63,957 nt of DNA, filler included, from Welwitschia mirabilis (GCA_051453625.1; 7 parts of one record of this genome joined end to end with filler, not necessarily neighbours in it), one strand, 5' to 3'. Positions 39,901-53,358 are shown, counted from the whole stretch's first letter. A program made the numbers and translations. The notes: generated by a model not told the origin, from the sequence alone.

Positions 39901-41990
39901 TTCATCATTTTATAATAACTTCATAGCATTAAAGACGTTTAGCTCTATGGCCATGTCCTCGAATAAAATTTTTATTAATCCATTTTTGCAATTGATTAAG
40001 GCATGGTAGGTTGCTAAGAATGATCTTCCTAATATAATGAGCATTGTTTCATTTAATGATTTCTTCATGTCCAAAACCACAAAATCAACTGCGAAGTAGT
40101 AACTATCCACTCTAACTATAACATCCTCGATGACTCTTAATGGTGTTTTAATAGAGTTATTTGCTAACTGAAGTTGGATTTTTATTTTTTTAAGTCCTTC
40201 CAAGCCTAACTTCTTATAGGTTTTATAAGGAAGCAAGTTTACACTGGCTCCTTATAATGGTAATTATGGGAAAACTATGGTCTTTGTACTTTGATAGAAA
40301 TTGATTTTAGAGAACCACGCTTGTTCATTGAGCTAAAAAGACTTTAGATTTAATGTTCATTTGCCTTTTTATAGTGCATAAGTCCTTAAGGAATTTAGCA
40401 TAGGAGGCGATATGTTCGATGGATTCTAAAAGAGGAATGTTTATTTTACCTTCTTTGACAATTTCTAGGGCTCTAATTATTTTTCTATTATATTTTTCTT
40501 CATAATCTATTGCAAAAAAGGTAATGGTTCTTTGTAAATAGGTAATGGATTTTCACTCTTATCATTTTAATTATTTTCTATGGGGTTTTATTTATCCTGA
40601 AGCTTATTTTGTGTGGGTGGATTTTTTGGCTCTTTTCCACTCCTAAGGTGTATAGACATAGTCTTCTTTAGCTGTTCTACCCCTTCTGTAAATCTAACTT
40701 CTTTTGGGTTTAGTTGAATGCTCATGAAGAGTTTCCCTATTTCTCTTTGGCTTATTGATGAAAAAATGTGGTTGGTGGTTTATAGGACTTAGTTTATGAT
40801 CTATTCAAGCCTTTTATTTGTTTTTTCTTATCTTTGATTTATTTGTTTTTACCTTTAATTTGCTTGCATTTCTGTTTCCATGAACTTTTTAAAAAGATCC
40901 TCCAATAAGTTAGACAAAGTGATTTCATGTTTTGAAGATGAAGGGTAAGAATTAGAAGATAAGGGAAATAAATTTTTAGGATGAAAATTTTGTTGTGGAG
41001 TGTTATCTTACTTCCAAGAGAAATTTGAATGATTTTTCCAACCAGGATTATAACTTTTCTAGTATGGATTGTTTTTGGGGTTTTGTCATTATCCTACTGC
41101 ATTCACCTATTTATTAGCTATGCTTTGGACTAAAAGGATAGATGGACATTTAGTGGTTTGTAAGTGTCGATATGACATATTAAACACTTGGGCGGAGCAA
41201 CCATTAATGAAATTGAGGGTGAGGTAGTTAATTATTCTAACTATCTTGCTAGTTCATTAATTCTATTTTCATCTCAAAATTTTTTAGGATCTTGAAGATA
41301 CTAGTTGATCTAGCTATATGATGTGATCTTAAAGGTTCAAGAGGTTTCTTCCAATTTTTCAAGATCTCAGCTATACTTTCTAAATACTCCCAAACCTCAT
41401 CCAGGGGCATGCTTAGGAAATCTCCAACGCTCATCATTTCCACCATCTAGTAGTTATTTGTGGATAGCCCATCATAAAAGAAACTTATCTTTCTAACTAG
41501 TTCAAAACCATGTTGAAGGCATTTTAATAATAAATCTTTATATCTCTCTGAGGTTTAGGAGATGATTTCATGATCCTTCTATTAAAAGTTCATGATTTAT
41601 TTCTTAAGGGCATTTGTCTTATGACTAGAAAAGAACTTAGAGATAAATACTTTTCTCAAGTCTATCGAATTTATGATGGAAAAAGGTTTCAAGGTGTAAA
41701 ACCGAGTTTTTACCTTCTCTTTCAAGGCAAAAGGGAATAAAGTAAGTCTAAGTGCATCATGAGTATTAGGATATTTAGGGATAGTTGATAACACACATTT
41801 GAATTCCTTAAGATGTAGGTAAGGATCTTCAGATTCAAGGCCATGAAAATGGGGGAAAACTTGGATAGTGAAAGGTTTAAATTTTAGTCTTTAGCTAATA
41901 GTTGATGACACTATGAAAGAGGGTGTCCTTAGGCTTTACAGTTGGAGGTAATCACAAAGGGTTTCTGCTAGGTTAATTGGCAGTAGCAAT
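36950..41990 (-). pseudogene. Degenerate family-B gag-pol
   Basis: ORFs 41597-41794 (DALRLTLFPFALKEK), 41249-41446, 39910-40236 (protease region), 39202-39441 (WRMCVDYGKLN..KDHYPL) and 38866-39129. Integrase C-terminus LLYNSCLHIFLGKL..KVNEH. Confidence 0.93.
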
Positions 41991-43020
41991 GAGTGAAACT
42001 TGCCATTTGGCTGTTTCTTAGGTGAAATAATATGATTATAACTTATTAAACATTTCTTATTTTGACACAGTTTCATCAAAGGAATCAATTTGATCATTTA
42101 CATTGTATTATGGAAAGGAAGTTTGATTATTTTGGTTATTTTGAGCAATTGATGTTTATTCTTGAGAGTCATCTTGAGCTTGATTTTCATTTTGGATTCT
42201 AAGTTCTCTCATCCTTTCATGATCAATAAAAAAGTCCATGTTGTCTTAGGTTAATATTCCTATTTTATCATGGGTCCAGCTCATGCAAGAGATAGGTTCA
42301 AATGGTTGCAAGAAGTTTTAAATGAAAGGGAAGATTTTCAAGGATTATAAGTCATAAAGGATTTCAACGTTTTACAAATAAATTCATTGATTATAGATAG
42401 AACATTTATAGTGTTGAGATCACAATGAAATAAAATAGAGACATGAATAAAATCAAGTTAAATTGTGAGAAAATTTTAAAGGTTATAATCATTTATGAAT
42501 GTAGTGAAATAGAGTAGAGATAACGAACATGAGTAAAACATAATGAGAATCATGAAATATTTTTAAGAAAATTTTAATGCATGTAAGAAAAAACACAAAA
42601 ACACAACAAAAGAAAAAAGTACACAACACAATCATAAAGTTTAAAAAAAAATTTAAGGTTTTAAAGTTTTTATAACTCCAAAGCAACCTGCAAAAAACAT
42701 TAGTCATAAAGAAAATAAGTTAGGAAATCAAAAACAAACTTTAAAAAAATTATACCAGTTCAGCATAACATTAGAAAGACCCATATCAACCACTAGAAAG
42801 TATACAAAAGAAACAAAAAGTAGACTAATTCAAGATAACACTGAAAAGGACTAGTACCAACCACTAGAAAGGAAAAAAAGAAATACAAATCAAAACAAAA
42901 AGGACTAATTTGGGTATCGCTCCAAGAAGAACCAGTACCCACCACTACAAAGATAAAAACTATGTATAAAACTTGCAAAAAGAAAACCTAGTATTTATCT
43001 GAGCTGCTACTATGTCGTTA

Positions 43021-43038
43021 TCCCCAACAAAGGCACCA
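43021..43038 (-). other. PBS (tRNA-Asp type)
   Basis: TGGTGCCTTTGTTGGGGA versus consensus TGGCGCCGTTGCCGGGGA, adjacent to the 5' LTR. Confidence 0.85.
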
Positions 43039-43043
43039 AAATC

Positions 43044-44249
43044 TAATTAATTTTTAGTATAATATCTAGATTTAAAACTAAAGTAGAAACTTAGCTATCA
43101 TTTTTCCTTGGGGATAAGATTGAGTATTGGCCAGAATTGCACTAACTTTAATCTTTAATGTAAGATACAAAAAGGAAAGAAAAAATAAGAAGAGATGAAA
43201 TGATTTTTAGAACTTTGTCTTAGAGATGATGGAAGCAAACTAGCTCTAAAGTATCGTCAATTTGTCCTATGCAATCCTTCACTCCAACATCGTCTAACTG
43301 CCTTTCTACAGAATAATAAAAATCATGAAGTGATTTTGGTCTAATTCATGGAGCATGATCTCATCCATCATATGATAAATGGTAAATCCAATCAACACTT
43401 AAGTCTTAAATAACAATAGAAACTAAGGACTTCTAAAGTACTTAAGATATATGAAATTAAAATACTAAGTGATAACGAGGAATTCACACAACTAAATTAA
43501 ACTTAATAGTTAAAGAAGTTAACTAAGCATGCTAATTATGATATTACTCATGAATCAAGATCAAAGAAAAATAATTTTTTCATTATAGAAAGAATAACTT
43601 TATAGGAAAAAAAGAAGGAAGTATGAAGAACTCCTCAGCAATCCTTAAAAACTAGCTTACTCCCTCAAAGATCAACTAGAAAGCCATCATAAGTTCATAC
43701 TCTAAAGTCTTTAATTTCTTTAAGAAAAAATATGAATATAATGAAAGTTTTAAGGCACTTTTATAGGGAGAGATGGGGGTCAGGGATAGTTACATTCTTG
43801 GTTTATGATATTAGGTAGAGTCTTCATCATTTAACATTAGGTAGACAAGATTTTGTCTTGTAGTGTGAGGTAGATCAGATTTTGTCCTCTAGCATTTAGA
43901 TAGAATCTTCGTCATTTAGCATTTGGTAGAGATTGTTATATAGCATTTGGTGGAGAGCATCATATAGCTCTAATACCACCTTCACATGCCTCTACTACAT
44001 GTCTTTAAATGATTTTGCTACATGTATCCACCTCATATCTCCATTTCCACCATGGTTTTATGAAAAATTATTTTCATCCTCCACCCTGTGTTTCAAAGAA
44101 TGGCTAGATATCTACAATTTTTATGGAGAAAATCATAATATTAAATTTTATCTTAAAAATAATAAAAGACATGTTTTAGATTAAATAATTAAATTAATAT
44201 CTTCATTTCTAAAACACTTGATATAAATGTCAATTTTTATATGTTAACA
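43044..44249 (-). repeat. Family-B 5' LTR
   Basis: Colinear with 24449-25658 and adjacent to the PBS. Confidence 0.92.
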
Positions 44250-45000
44250 TTAGAAAATCCAAATGAAATAGAGGAATCAATTCATGAAGAATCTAAAAAC
44301 TTTGGAATCTATGATGAAAATAATGATTACATTTCTCTTTATGATCTTTTTGATGCATCTAATATGAGAAAATGATAACACATAATCATGTGATGAAGAA
44401 AAAAAGGATAAAAAAGAAGTTACAAGGATTTAACCAGATCAAATAGAGGATAGACTTCTTACATCCTATAAATAATTAAAATGGAAGAGTATCCTATTCA
44501 AAATGTCCTTCCATCTCTCCCACACATGATTTCAAGTAATAATGAAATCATCAATGAGGAGAATAAAATTAATAAAGAACCAATGAAGAATTAGCTAAAT
44601 TTAATAAAGGATATACTTGTTTCTTCCAATGCAACAAACAAAAATCTACTCATGTTTCTCAATTTCTTTCAATTGGACTCCTATGTAATACCTAAAATAA
44701 CATTCTTTCCTCTCCTACTAAGTCCACTTTACTTTATGTCTTTAATGAAAACTCTTTGTAAAACTACAACTTGGAATATCTTGGAATTTTAAATTGGGAA
44801 AAGCCTTACCTTCTTAATGAAAATCCATGTCTTGACTTAGATGTTAAGAAGCTTCTTAGTCTTACTAAATATGGAATGATTAATCATTCTAAGAAGCCTT
44901 CAAAAATTTCTTCAATCATTATTTGAGTAATGTCCTTAATGAATCACAAGATGATAATCATGCTTTACATTAATTTAATAAGAGATTTTTTAATGAAATT
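44250..45000 (+). pseudogene. Continuation of the interrupted gag-derived ORF
   Basis: LENPNEIEESIHEESKNFGIYDENNDY.. open for 41 codons, in frame with 24108-24448, then decays. Right end approximate. Confidence 0.55.
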
Positions 45001-45579
45001 TATCAATTATTCATCTCTTATTTAGATTATCAATTTTGTGCTATCAAGGTTTTATCGTTATATTTCAATTTCAATCAACTGATTCTATTCAAAAATTATC
45101 ATATACCTTTTATGTTGTATCAATTGGCTTCCATATGGTTGGTCCTTATTTTTCTTAAAAAGTACAATGTGATAACTATGTTGAAATATCTATCTTTTTG
45201 GAAAAGGAATAAATGCAAAGTAAAGGAACTACATTCTACTTGTACCAATTGATTTAATGGAATCTCTTTTTCTAAAGAGATGTATTGAGAACCTATTGTT
45301 ATTGATCAAATTAATGAGTTTTTATGGAGTTAGTTATTGTGCAGAGATTTTCCAGCACCGGGCAACCGCTATATAAATCCAGGTGACTGATCTGTTATAT
45401 AAGCATACACTAAACATAGAGCGAGCAACCATATGAAATTAATCGAATGATTGGACTGTTAGTAAGGCAAAACTACTTCAGTTTTAGGTGATTAAGATTC
45501 CAAGTCAATGCGATTGAACTATTAATCACAAGAAGACTGTTTATAGCACGAGCGACCATGCATGTTGCATAGGGCGACC

Positions 45580-46772
45580 TGTTGTGATGTGAATTTATGC
45601 AATCCTGAAGCTCTTTAAGTAAACCTATAAATCAAATAACTTATAAAAAAACACACGCTAGTATAGATGGGAGTTCACCCGAATATCGTAATCCCAACGA
45701 AGGAATTAGTCTTATTAGAGTTAGAGAATTGATTTCCAAAGATATTTTTAGTCTTTTGTCTTTTAATAACTGAAAGTAAGTAATAATGTAAAATCAATGC
45801 AAGATGAATACATATGAAATGCAATGAATGGAAATGAAAATAGATCTTACTTATATCCTAGTCCTATTACAAGGACTCCCATATCTATAACTTATAACAA
45901 TTAAGAAGAGTATCCACTAGTTCTTAACCAACATAAACTATGAGATCTATCTAAGTAAGATACAGAATACAATATGAAATGGAATGGAAAAAAATGCAAG
46001 TCTACTACTAACCAAGGTCAACCTTAACAAAGGTTACCCTTATGATCTAGATAAATCATAAAGTTGTCACAAATAACTATGATCAATGTAAACCATATAG
46101 GACATTCACAAAATTGGAATGAAAAAAGAAATTGTATTAATTAAAAGAGTATTCAAANNNNNNNNNNNNNNNNNNNNNNNNNNNNNNNNNNNNNNNNNNN
46201 NNNNNNNNNNNNNNNNNNNNNNNNNNNNNNNNNNNNNNNNNNNNNNNNNNNNNNNNNNNNNNNNNNNNNNNNNNNNNNNNNNNNNNNNNNNNNNNNNNNN
46301 NNNNNNNNNNNNNNNNNNNNNNNNNNNNNNNNNNNNNNNNNNNNNNNNNNNNNNNNNNNNNNNNNNNNNNNNNNNNNNNNNNNNNNNNNNNNNNNNNNNN
46401 NNNNNNNNNNNNNNNNNNNNNNNNNNNNNNNNNNNNNNNNNNNNNNNNNNNNNNNNNNNNNNNNNNNNNNNNNNNNNNNNNNNNNNNNNNNNNNNNNNNN
46501 NNNNNNNNNNNNNNNNTGTCAGCCTTGTAGCTTCTGTCCATATTAGTAGTTTCGTCGTCTCACCTATCGTGGGGATGACATAGGGGACATCATCATGTGT
46601 CACATGTCTCAATGTTCTGCTGTCAGCCTGCAGCTTCTATGCATGTTACGTGTCATCATCCTACCTGTCATGGGAACAACCATGAGGATGACACCTCTTT
46701 ATTGGCTTTAACCTCCAGTCTTTTTTGTTGTAATGATAGGCAAGTACAGTGTAGTCATCCACTCTATTATAN
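45580..46772 (-). repeat. Family-A-related LTR (gapped; 3' or solo)
   Basis: tgttgtgatgtgaatttatgcaat..acacacgctagtata..gggagttcacccgaat, closely matching 59954-60183. No PBS beside it. Confidence 0.8.
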
Positions 46773-47465
46773 NNNNNNNNNNNNNNNNNNNNNNNNNNNN
46801 NNNNNNNNNNNNNNNTTAATTAATTAANNNNNNNNNNNNNNNNNNNNNNNNNNNNNNNNNNNNNNNNNNNNTTTAAGAAATCATATAAGGTCATTATCCT
46901 AAATTATTAAGATAATTGGAATTCTTCTAAGTGATTATCATCTATAGCCATAAGGTCAAAGAGTCTTTAATGACTTGAATTCATAATTCTTTTTAGTTTT
47001 TTTAGGGATTTAGAATTATCATAAATATGATTAGCATACTAATCATCTAGGGGTTGGGATTATAGTTAACCTTATAAATACTTTAGAGCTATCAAAAATA
47101 TAATCAACTTTTAGGATTACTCAGGTGCTAAGATTATGATTAATATAATGTTTATAATTATTGGAATTAACATCGTACAAAAATTATTAGATATAATAGA
47201 ATTCATGAGTATGAGAAGACATGCTTAAATTCATGCTTATCTAGGAGTTAAAGTTATCTTGGAATCTAGTATTTTCAAAGATATAATTGATTTTACTCAT
47301 AGTTTAAGATTATTAGGAATATAAACAACTTTATAGCTATTAGGAATTGAGATTTTTATGATTACCACTAAATTTATAAGTATTAAGAAAAAAGATTACT
47401 AAAACTATAATGAGATTTATTATCTTATAAATTTATAAGTGCTTAAGTATTATTTAAGTTAGCCT

Positions 47466-47526
47466 ACAGATCTGATACCAATTTGTGACACCCTACACAG
47501 ATCTGATACCAATTTGTGACACCCTA
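47466..47526 (-). repeat. Tandem 31-bp duplication of LTR end plus tRNA-iMet PBS
   Basis: acagatctgataccaatttgtgacacccta occurs twice. Reverse complement: GGGTGTCACA-AAT-TGGTATCAGATC. Confidence 0.9.
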
Positions 47527-49042
47527 TTTTATCTTATCCTAATTAAGTAATATATATAAATATATATATTTTAAAACTTTCTCTCTTCTTTAATAACTTA
47601 CATGATAAACACAGTGGAACTTACAATCAAATTCTGCTTACTCCTTAATTAGAATTTCCACATTCTAAGAGAGATAAATCATATTAATATCATATATTTA
47701 CCTATAATTAATTTCTAAGTTTTTTTTGGTTTATAAACAATAGCAATGTTATAAGTTTGTGTCCTTTATTTCTTCCTAGTTTTTCATCACATACAAGACA
47801 TCTTATGAATAGTTAAGAAGATGTAAACATTTTGTCAACACACATGGATAAATTTTAAGGATAATACCTAATAAATATAATATGAGGTTCCAATCAATTA
47901 ATGGCATTTCAACTTGATATACAGCCATCCTCTAGATATGAGTTGGTTATAATTCAAGTTCTATACTATACAAACATGGTTTGACTCAACTTTATAGGCT
48001 TTTACTTCACCTTGATATACCCCCAATATGGGTGACATGTGGTACATGAGATGGATGCATGCTTGTAAATGACCTTCGCTTTCTTGAACATATCCAGATG
48101 ATGTAACATAATCCATCAATGACAAGGGCTTGAGATATTAAGTTGGAGTAAGTCCATACATGGGTAGGATAAGAGAGTAATGATTAAATCTACTTCTAGA
48201 AGGGTAAAATAAAAAAAAAGTAATGCAACCCACATTGGTGATGAAATCCAAGTGTGGGATGAACATTATTCAAATTCTCTTGATTTATCCTTGTTTGATG
48301 CATATACCATATAAATGCATGCAAATAAATCTAACTAAATTAATGAATTATTTACTTAGTTATAATAATTCTAATCATCATTTGATTCATTTTATAGAAA
48401 GAGCCATAAAAGGAAAGCAAGCATATAAGAACAATTTTTCCCCCAAGATTATAATGATAAAAATCTAAATAAAAGAAATAATCTTTTCTTTTCTTTTCTA
48501 TCTACATAAAGAAAATATTCTTTTATTTTTCTTTTAAAAAATAAAATAATATACTTAAATAAACTAAAACATACCTGGAGCTATGCCAATTCTAGAAACA
48601 CTCTTCCATGCTCAAATGACAATCTTCATGGATTGGTGCAAAGAAGGTAAATAAAAAAAACTATAGCTCAAACATAATTGTTAAACTATAAGTATTTATT
48701 CAAGATTTGATATGGCTATATTATAAGTTAATAAAAATAAGCGATAAGCTAGAGACTACTTATGTCACTTAACTACTAAAGTAAAAACACTTATAAGATG
48801 CACATTTGAAGTAAGCTAAGAAAAAAGGAGAATTATTTATGCAATTAAATACCATTGATAAATAATTTAACTTAAATATACTATTAGAAACATACTATAT
48901 ATACTCAATTTTGTTATAAAATGTTGCGTAATAAGTTTTCTATAATTTTAAACATTAATTATAATATTCTTGAGCTTTAAAAAAACATCATTTATAAAAA
49001 TTAATAATTAATTAATTATGAATCAAAAACAAAGGTATTATA
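47515..49042 (-). repeat. Tekay/chromovirus-like 5' LTR
   Basis: TGTGACACCC at one end and decayed AGGTATTATA at the other, with an iMet PBS adjacent. No coding region recognised. Confidence 0.5.
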
Positions 49043-49466
49043 GTTCTTCAAAAACTAGACACATAATAAGTTTTTCAGAATCTAACTTCAACTATTTTAG
49101 AATTATAAAAGTATTATTTCTAACTTTATTATTTAAGGCTAAAGACTATCAAATTTCTTAAAATTATAGTCTTACCATACTAGCTAAAATGGTCATAAAT
49201 TTTAACATACTGTGCATTTTTAAATGATTCAAGGTGTTTTGGAAACATTATTTAATTTCATACAACTAAGATATTTACTTTTGTAATTATATTAACAGAT
49301 AGGTATAGAAATGCAAATTACTTTCTTATTCTTTTATGCATTTATTTTTTAATGCATTTACCAAATAATTTTTTTTAAAAGTAAATACTTATTAAAAAAT
49401 TACTATTTTTACATTTTCATTTTTAGGATACAATCCTCGATCTATAGAAAAAATTTTACTAATTTA

Positions 49467-51011
49467 TGTTAGATTATGTTTTGCCAATTGATGTCAAACT
49501 AATGTTTTCCGTATAGCAAATTTTGTGTATCTTATATAGAATATGTTAAATTACTTACAGGTCAAAAGATAGAACTGAAATCATCAACTTTTAAGTACTA
49601 AAAACCTATCAGTTATTTTAAATTCTTGAGTAGTCGACTAGATTTTCAAGGAGTCGACCGAACCTGAAGCAGACAGAAAATGAACTACATCCAAAGGAGT
49701 CGACCAACCGAATCTATAACCTTGAGAACTAGTATCTCAGATTTGAGGACCTAATAAATAGTATCCCTAAACTAAATGAAAAGGGATCGACCAGACCTAT
49801 GATGGGGTCGACTGGATCTATGAACCAAGGAATAGTACTCCTGAATTGATTATCAAGGACTTGATCAGACTTATGATGGGGTCGACTAGATCTAAGCACT
49901 TTGTAGCTGATACACCTGAGTCAATTTTCATGGGGTTGACCAAATACTTGAAGGGATTGACCAAACTCAAAGCTAAAAATTAGAAAGAATTTTAATAGGA
50001 GGAGCAGACAACTGGATAATGTTGCAGGCAATCAGAATGGGGTCAACCGGATCTAAATGGGGTCAACCAGATAGGGATTCATAAGAAATTAGGGTGACTA
50101 AATTTCTTACTTGAGCAACCTACATAAGTCATGGAACTAGATGGGGTCGACCGGACTTTTGAGGGGTCGACCGAACGGAATGGAAGAAAAATTTTCTAAT
50201 CATTATGTATCCATTATATAGTCATTAGATAGCTATTTTCTAGTCATTTATAGCCATTGGAAGTGCATTTCAAATGTGATAAACCCTAAAAGCCTTTCAA
50301 CATAAATAGCTAAGACATAGATGACTAAAGAATCTTTTAGAAATTTCTTCATTTGGGTGAATCTATTGAATCTAAAAGATTGAGCATTGTAATCTTAGGA
50401 CTTTCTCTCTTGGCATCTACATTTCTGACCAAAGAAGATCTATTATTGATGCCATCTCTACATTCAAGGTCAGATCAATAACTTTATTTGTTCTACATCT
50501 AGATGAGAAGAGCCTTATTAAATCTACTGAATCAAGAACGAGTGATATCCGTGCTCACAAGGCATTATTACATTACTACCTTGCATTATGAAAGGTTGAG
50601 ATCAAGCCTTAATAAGTCCATTTAAAGGTTGAGAATAAGCCTTGAAAAGTCCATTCAAAGGTTGAGACTAAGCCTTGAAAACTCCATTTGTAAAGGTTAC
50701 AAGTGAACTTGAAATACCTGGTGGAGTAATAAAGATCTGGATCAAGCTTAGGGATAAGCTAATCATTGAGAGTGGAGTAGGGAATTTTCCAAAACACTAT
50801 AAATCCTACATGCATCTATTTGGTACTTTTATACTTTTAGTTAGTTTATTTCTTTACTTCTGTTATCTTTTCTTTTCATGCATGTTTTGGATTAGTGAAT
50901 TATTTGGTGCAAGTATTTGTTTTATGTTGGATTCATTTAGAATACAGTGTTGTAATTTTTAAGAACGTATTCACCTCCCCCCTCATCCTTTTAGGGTTCT
51001 CGATCTTATCA
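49467..51011 (+). repeat. Sirevirus 5' LTR with GGTCGACC repeated motifs
   Basis: TGTT...ATCA, with ATTCACCTCCCCC near the end and a perfect PBS following. Confidence 0.88.
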
Positions 51012-51013
51012 AT

Positions 51014-51025
51014 TGGTATCAGAGC
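51014..51025 (+). other. PBS TGGTATCAGAGC (tRNA-iMet)
   Basis: Exact consensus, 2 bp after the LTR. Confidence 0.95.
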
Positions 51026-51076
51026 TAAGTTAAGTATTCTTTAGATTTTAATTGATCTTGACTCTAGAACCCTAAA

Positions 51077-52783
51077 ATGGATAATCCATCTAATGGTTTT
51101 TCCAGTAGTCATCCACCTATATTTGATAGATTAAACTATGCTTATTGGAAAGACAGAATGAGACAATTTTTAAATTTTTAGATGTTGATATAGAGAAGTC
51201 ATTTATAAAGGTTACATAGTGCCTGTGTTGATTCAAACTGATGTCAATGATAACACTATCCTAGTTCCTAAAGCTTGAGATCAATGAACCTTCACTGACA
51301 AGTCAAAAGCCATCATAGATGCCAATCTCTTAATGCCATATGTAGATGGGTTTAAGTACATAGTAGACTATAATCATGCTAAGGAAGCTTAAGACATTCT
51401 TAAAGTAGCACAAGAAGGAACCTCAACTGTAAAAAAACCAAAACTTCAAATTCTTATTTCAAAATTTGAAGGCATCCATATAAACAAAGAGGAGACCTTG
51501 CAGGAATTCTTTGCTAGATTCAATGACATCGTAAACTCTATGGCAAGCCATGAAGAACACCTAGATGAAGGAAAGATGGTAAGGAAAGTTATGAGATCTC
51601 TACCTAAAAGATTTAAACCAAAGGTAATAACCATTGAGGAGAGCAAAAACATAAATGAAATGGCACTAGAAGAACTATAAGATAATTTGCAAATCTATGA
51701 GATTAAATTTGTTAAAGATAAGAAGAAAGGTATTGCTTTAAAATGTGTGTAAGAAGACTATAAAGATGAAAGATCAGATGAGGACTAGGATGATGATGAA
51801 ATAACTCTTCTAGCTAGAAGATTTAGAAAGTTCCTATATAGGAAGAAAAATGAAGGTGAATCAAGTAGAAATTCAAAAAGAAGTCATCTAAAACACAAAA
51901 CGGAGCAAGAAAAAGGTGAAGAAATCTAATGCTACTCATGCAAAGGATTTGGTCATATGGCAAATGAGTGTCCTAACACAAAAAGAGATAATAGGAAAAC
52001 AAGGCATCCCTCTTTTATTGCAACATGGAATAATGAGAATGATGATGATGATAATTGATTAGGTCAAGAATAAGATAGAGACAAAATATTATCTTTCATG
52101 GAGTTTATGCCTTCCCTCAAAATCTTACCTAGCACATTAGAGCTTGATGACTTAGACATGATCGATGAAGAAGAGAATGAGTTAAAAGATATATGTTAGG
52201 AGCTATATGATGAATGCGAAAACTAGTAAAAGGGTAAATGATTTGAATAAAGTAGTGAAGACTCTCACCAAAGAGAAGGAGAAAATGGAAATTAAGTACA
52301 ATGTACTAAAATTTGACAACACCAATCTATTGGTAAAATATCTATCCTTCTTTGTAAATAGATTTTTTGGTGGTTTTTCTAAATTAGAATAGGTTCTTGG
52401 AGTGCAAAAATCTACTAGAGATAGGTGAAGTATTGGTTTTATCTCATCAACTTCTCAAAAACAAGTAAAGAGGTAATGTAAGTATACTTCTAAAGTTTCA
52501 TGTAATTTTTGTGATAAAGTTGGTCATTCAAAACTATTTTGTAATATTAGAAAATTAATGCTTTTCTCATATTATATAAATTCTTTACCATTTAATTTCA
52601 TTCCTAAAATAAGTGTATTACCTAAGTATAGTAAGACTAAGTAGGTAAAAGCTAACAATCTGAAAAGTATTCTAACATAGATAGCTCTTAAAGTTCAAGT
52701 GCAAACAATTTATACCTAGATAGTGGATGCTCAAGGCATATGATTAGATAAAGATCAAACTTTTAGCACCTAAGAAGTATTGA
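51077..52783 (+). pseudogene. Sirevirus gag-protease remnant
   Basis: MDNPSNGFSSSHPPIFDRLNYAYWKDRM; ORF 51498-51680; CYSCKGFGHMANEC; YLDSGCSRHMI. Ends at a gap. Confidence 0.92.
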
Positions 52784-52883
52784 NNNNNNNNNNNNNNNNN
52801 NNNNNNNNNNNNNNNNNNNNNNNNNNNNNNNNNNNNNNNNNNNNNNNNNNNNNNNNNNNNNNNNNNNNNNNNNNNNNNNNNNN

Positions 52884-53358
52884 TTTCTCTACTTTTATTA
52901 TTTTCTTATATCATGCACATTTTAGATTATTTCATTATTGTATGCAAGTTTTATTTAAGATTATTCATTTAGTAAATTGTATTTGAATTTTTTAAAGAAT
53001 CTATTCACCTCCCATCTAGGGTTCTTGATCCTATCATTTGGTATCAGAGCTAAGTGAAGTCTTCTTTATATTTTAACCAATCTTAACCTTAGAAACCTAA
53101 AATGAGTAATCCATTTCATGGTTTTTCTATAGGCCATCCACCTATGTTTGATGGGTAAAACTATGCTTACTTGAAAGCTAAGATAAGAATATTTCTTAGA
53201 TCCTTAGATGCTGACATAGAGGAAGTCATTTATAAAGGTTACACTATACCTATGTTAATCCAAACTAATATTAATGGTAATACTATTCTAGTTCCCAAAT
53301 CCCAAGACTAATGGACCGTCACTAACAAGTCAAAAGCCACCATAGATGCCTATGCCCT
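52884..53358 (+). mobile_element. Third Sirevirus copy: LTR 3' end (to 53036), PBS 53039-53050, gag start at 53102
   Basis: ctagggttcttgatcctatca-tt-TGGTATCAGAGC; MSNPFHGFSIGHPPMFDG*NYAY. Confidence 0.9.

Larger units (their letters stand above)
24449..44249 (-). mobile_element. Structurally complete but degenerate Athila-like family-B LTR retrotransposon with nested insertion and duplicated pol
   Basis: Direct LTRs 24449-25658 and 43044-44249; TSD ttagg/ttaga; PBS 43021-43038; gag-PR-RT-RH-INT order. Confidence 0.9.

Noticed and set aside
49630..50175. CRISPR-like repeat-spacer appearance
   Set aside because: Short variable motifs with irregular spacing inside a plant LTR, and no cas genes.
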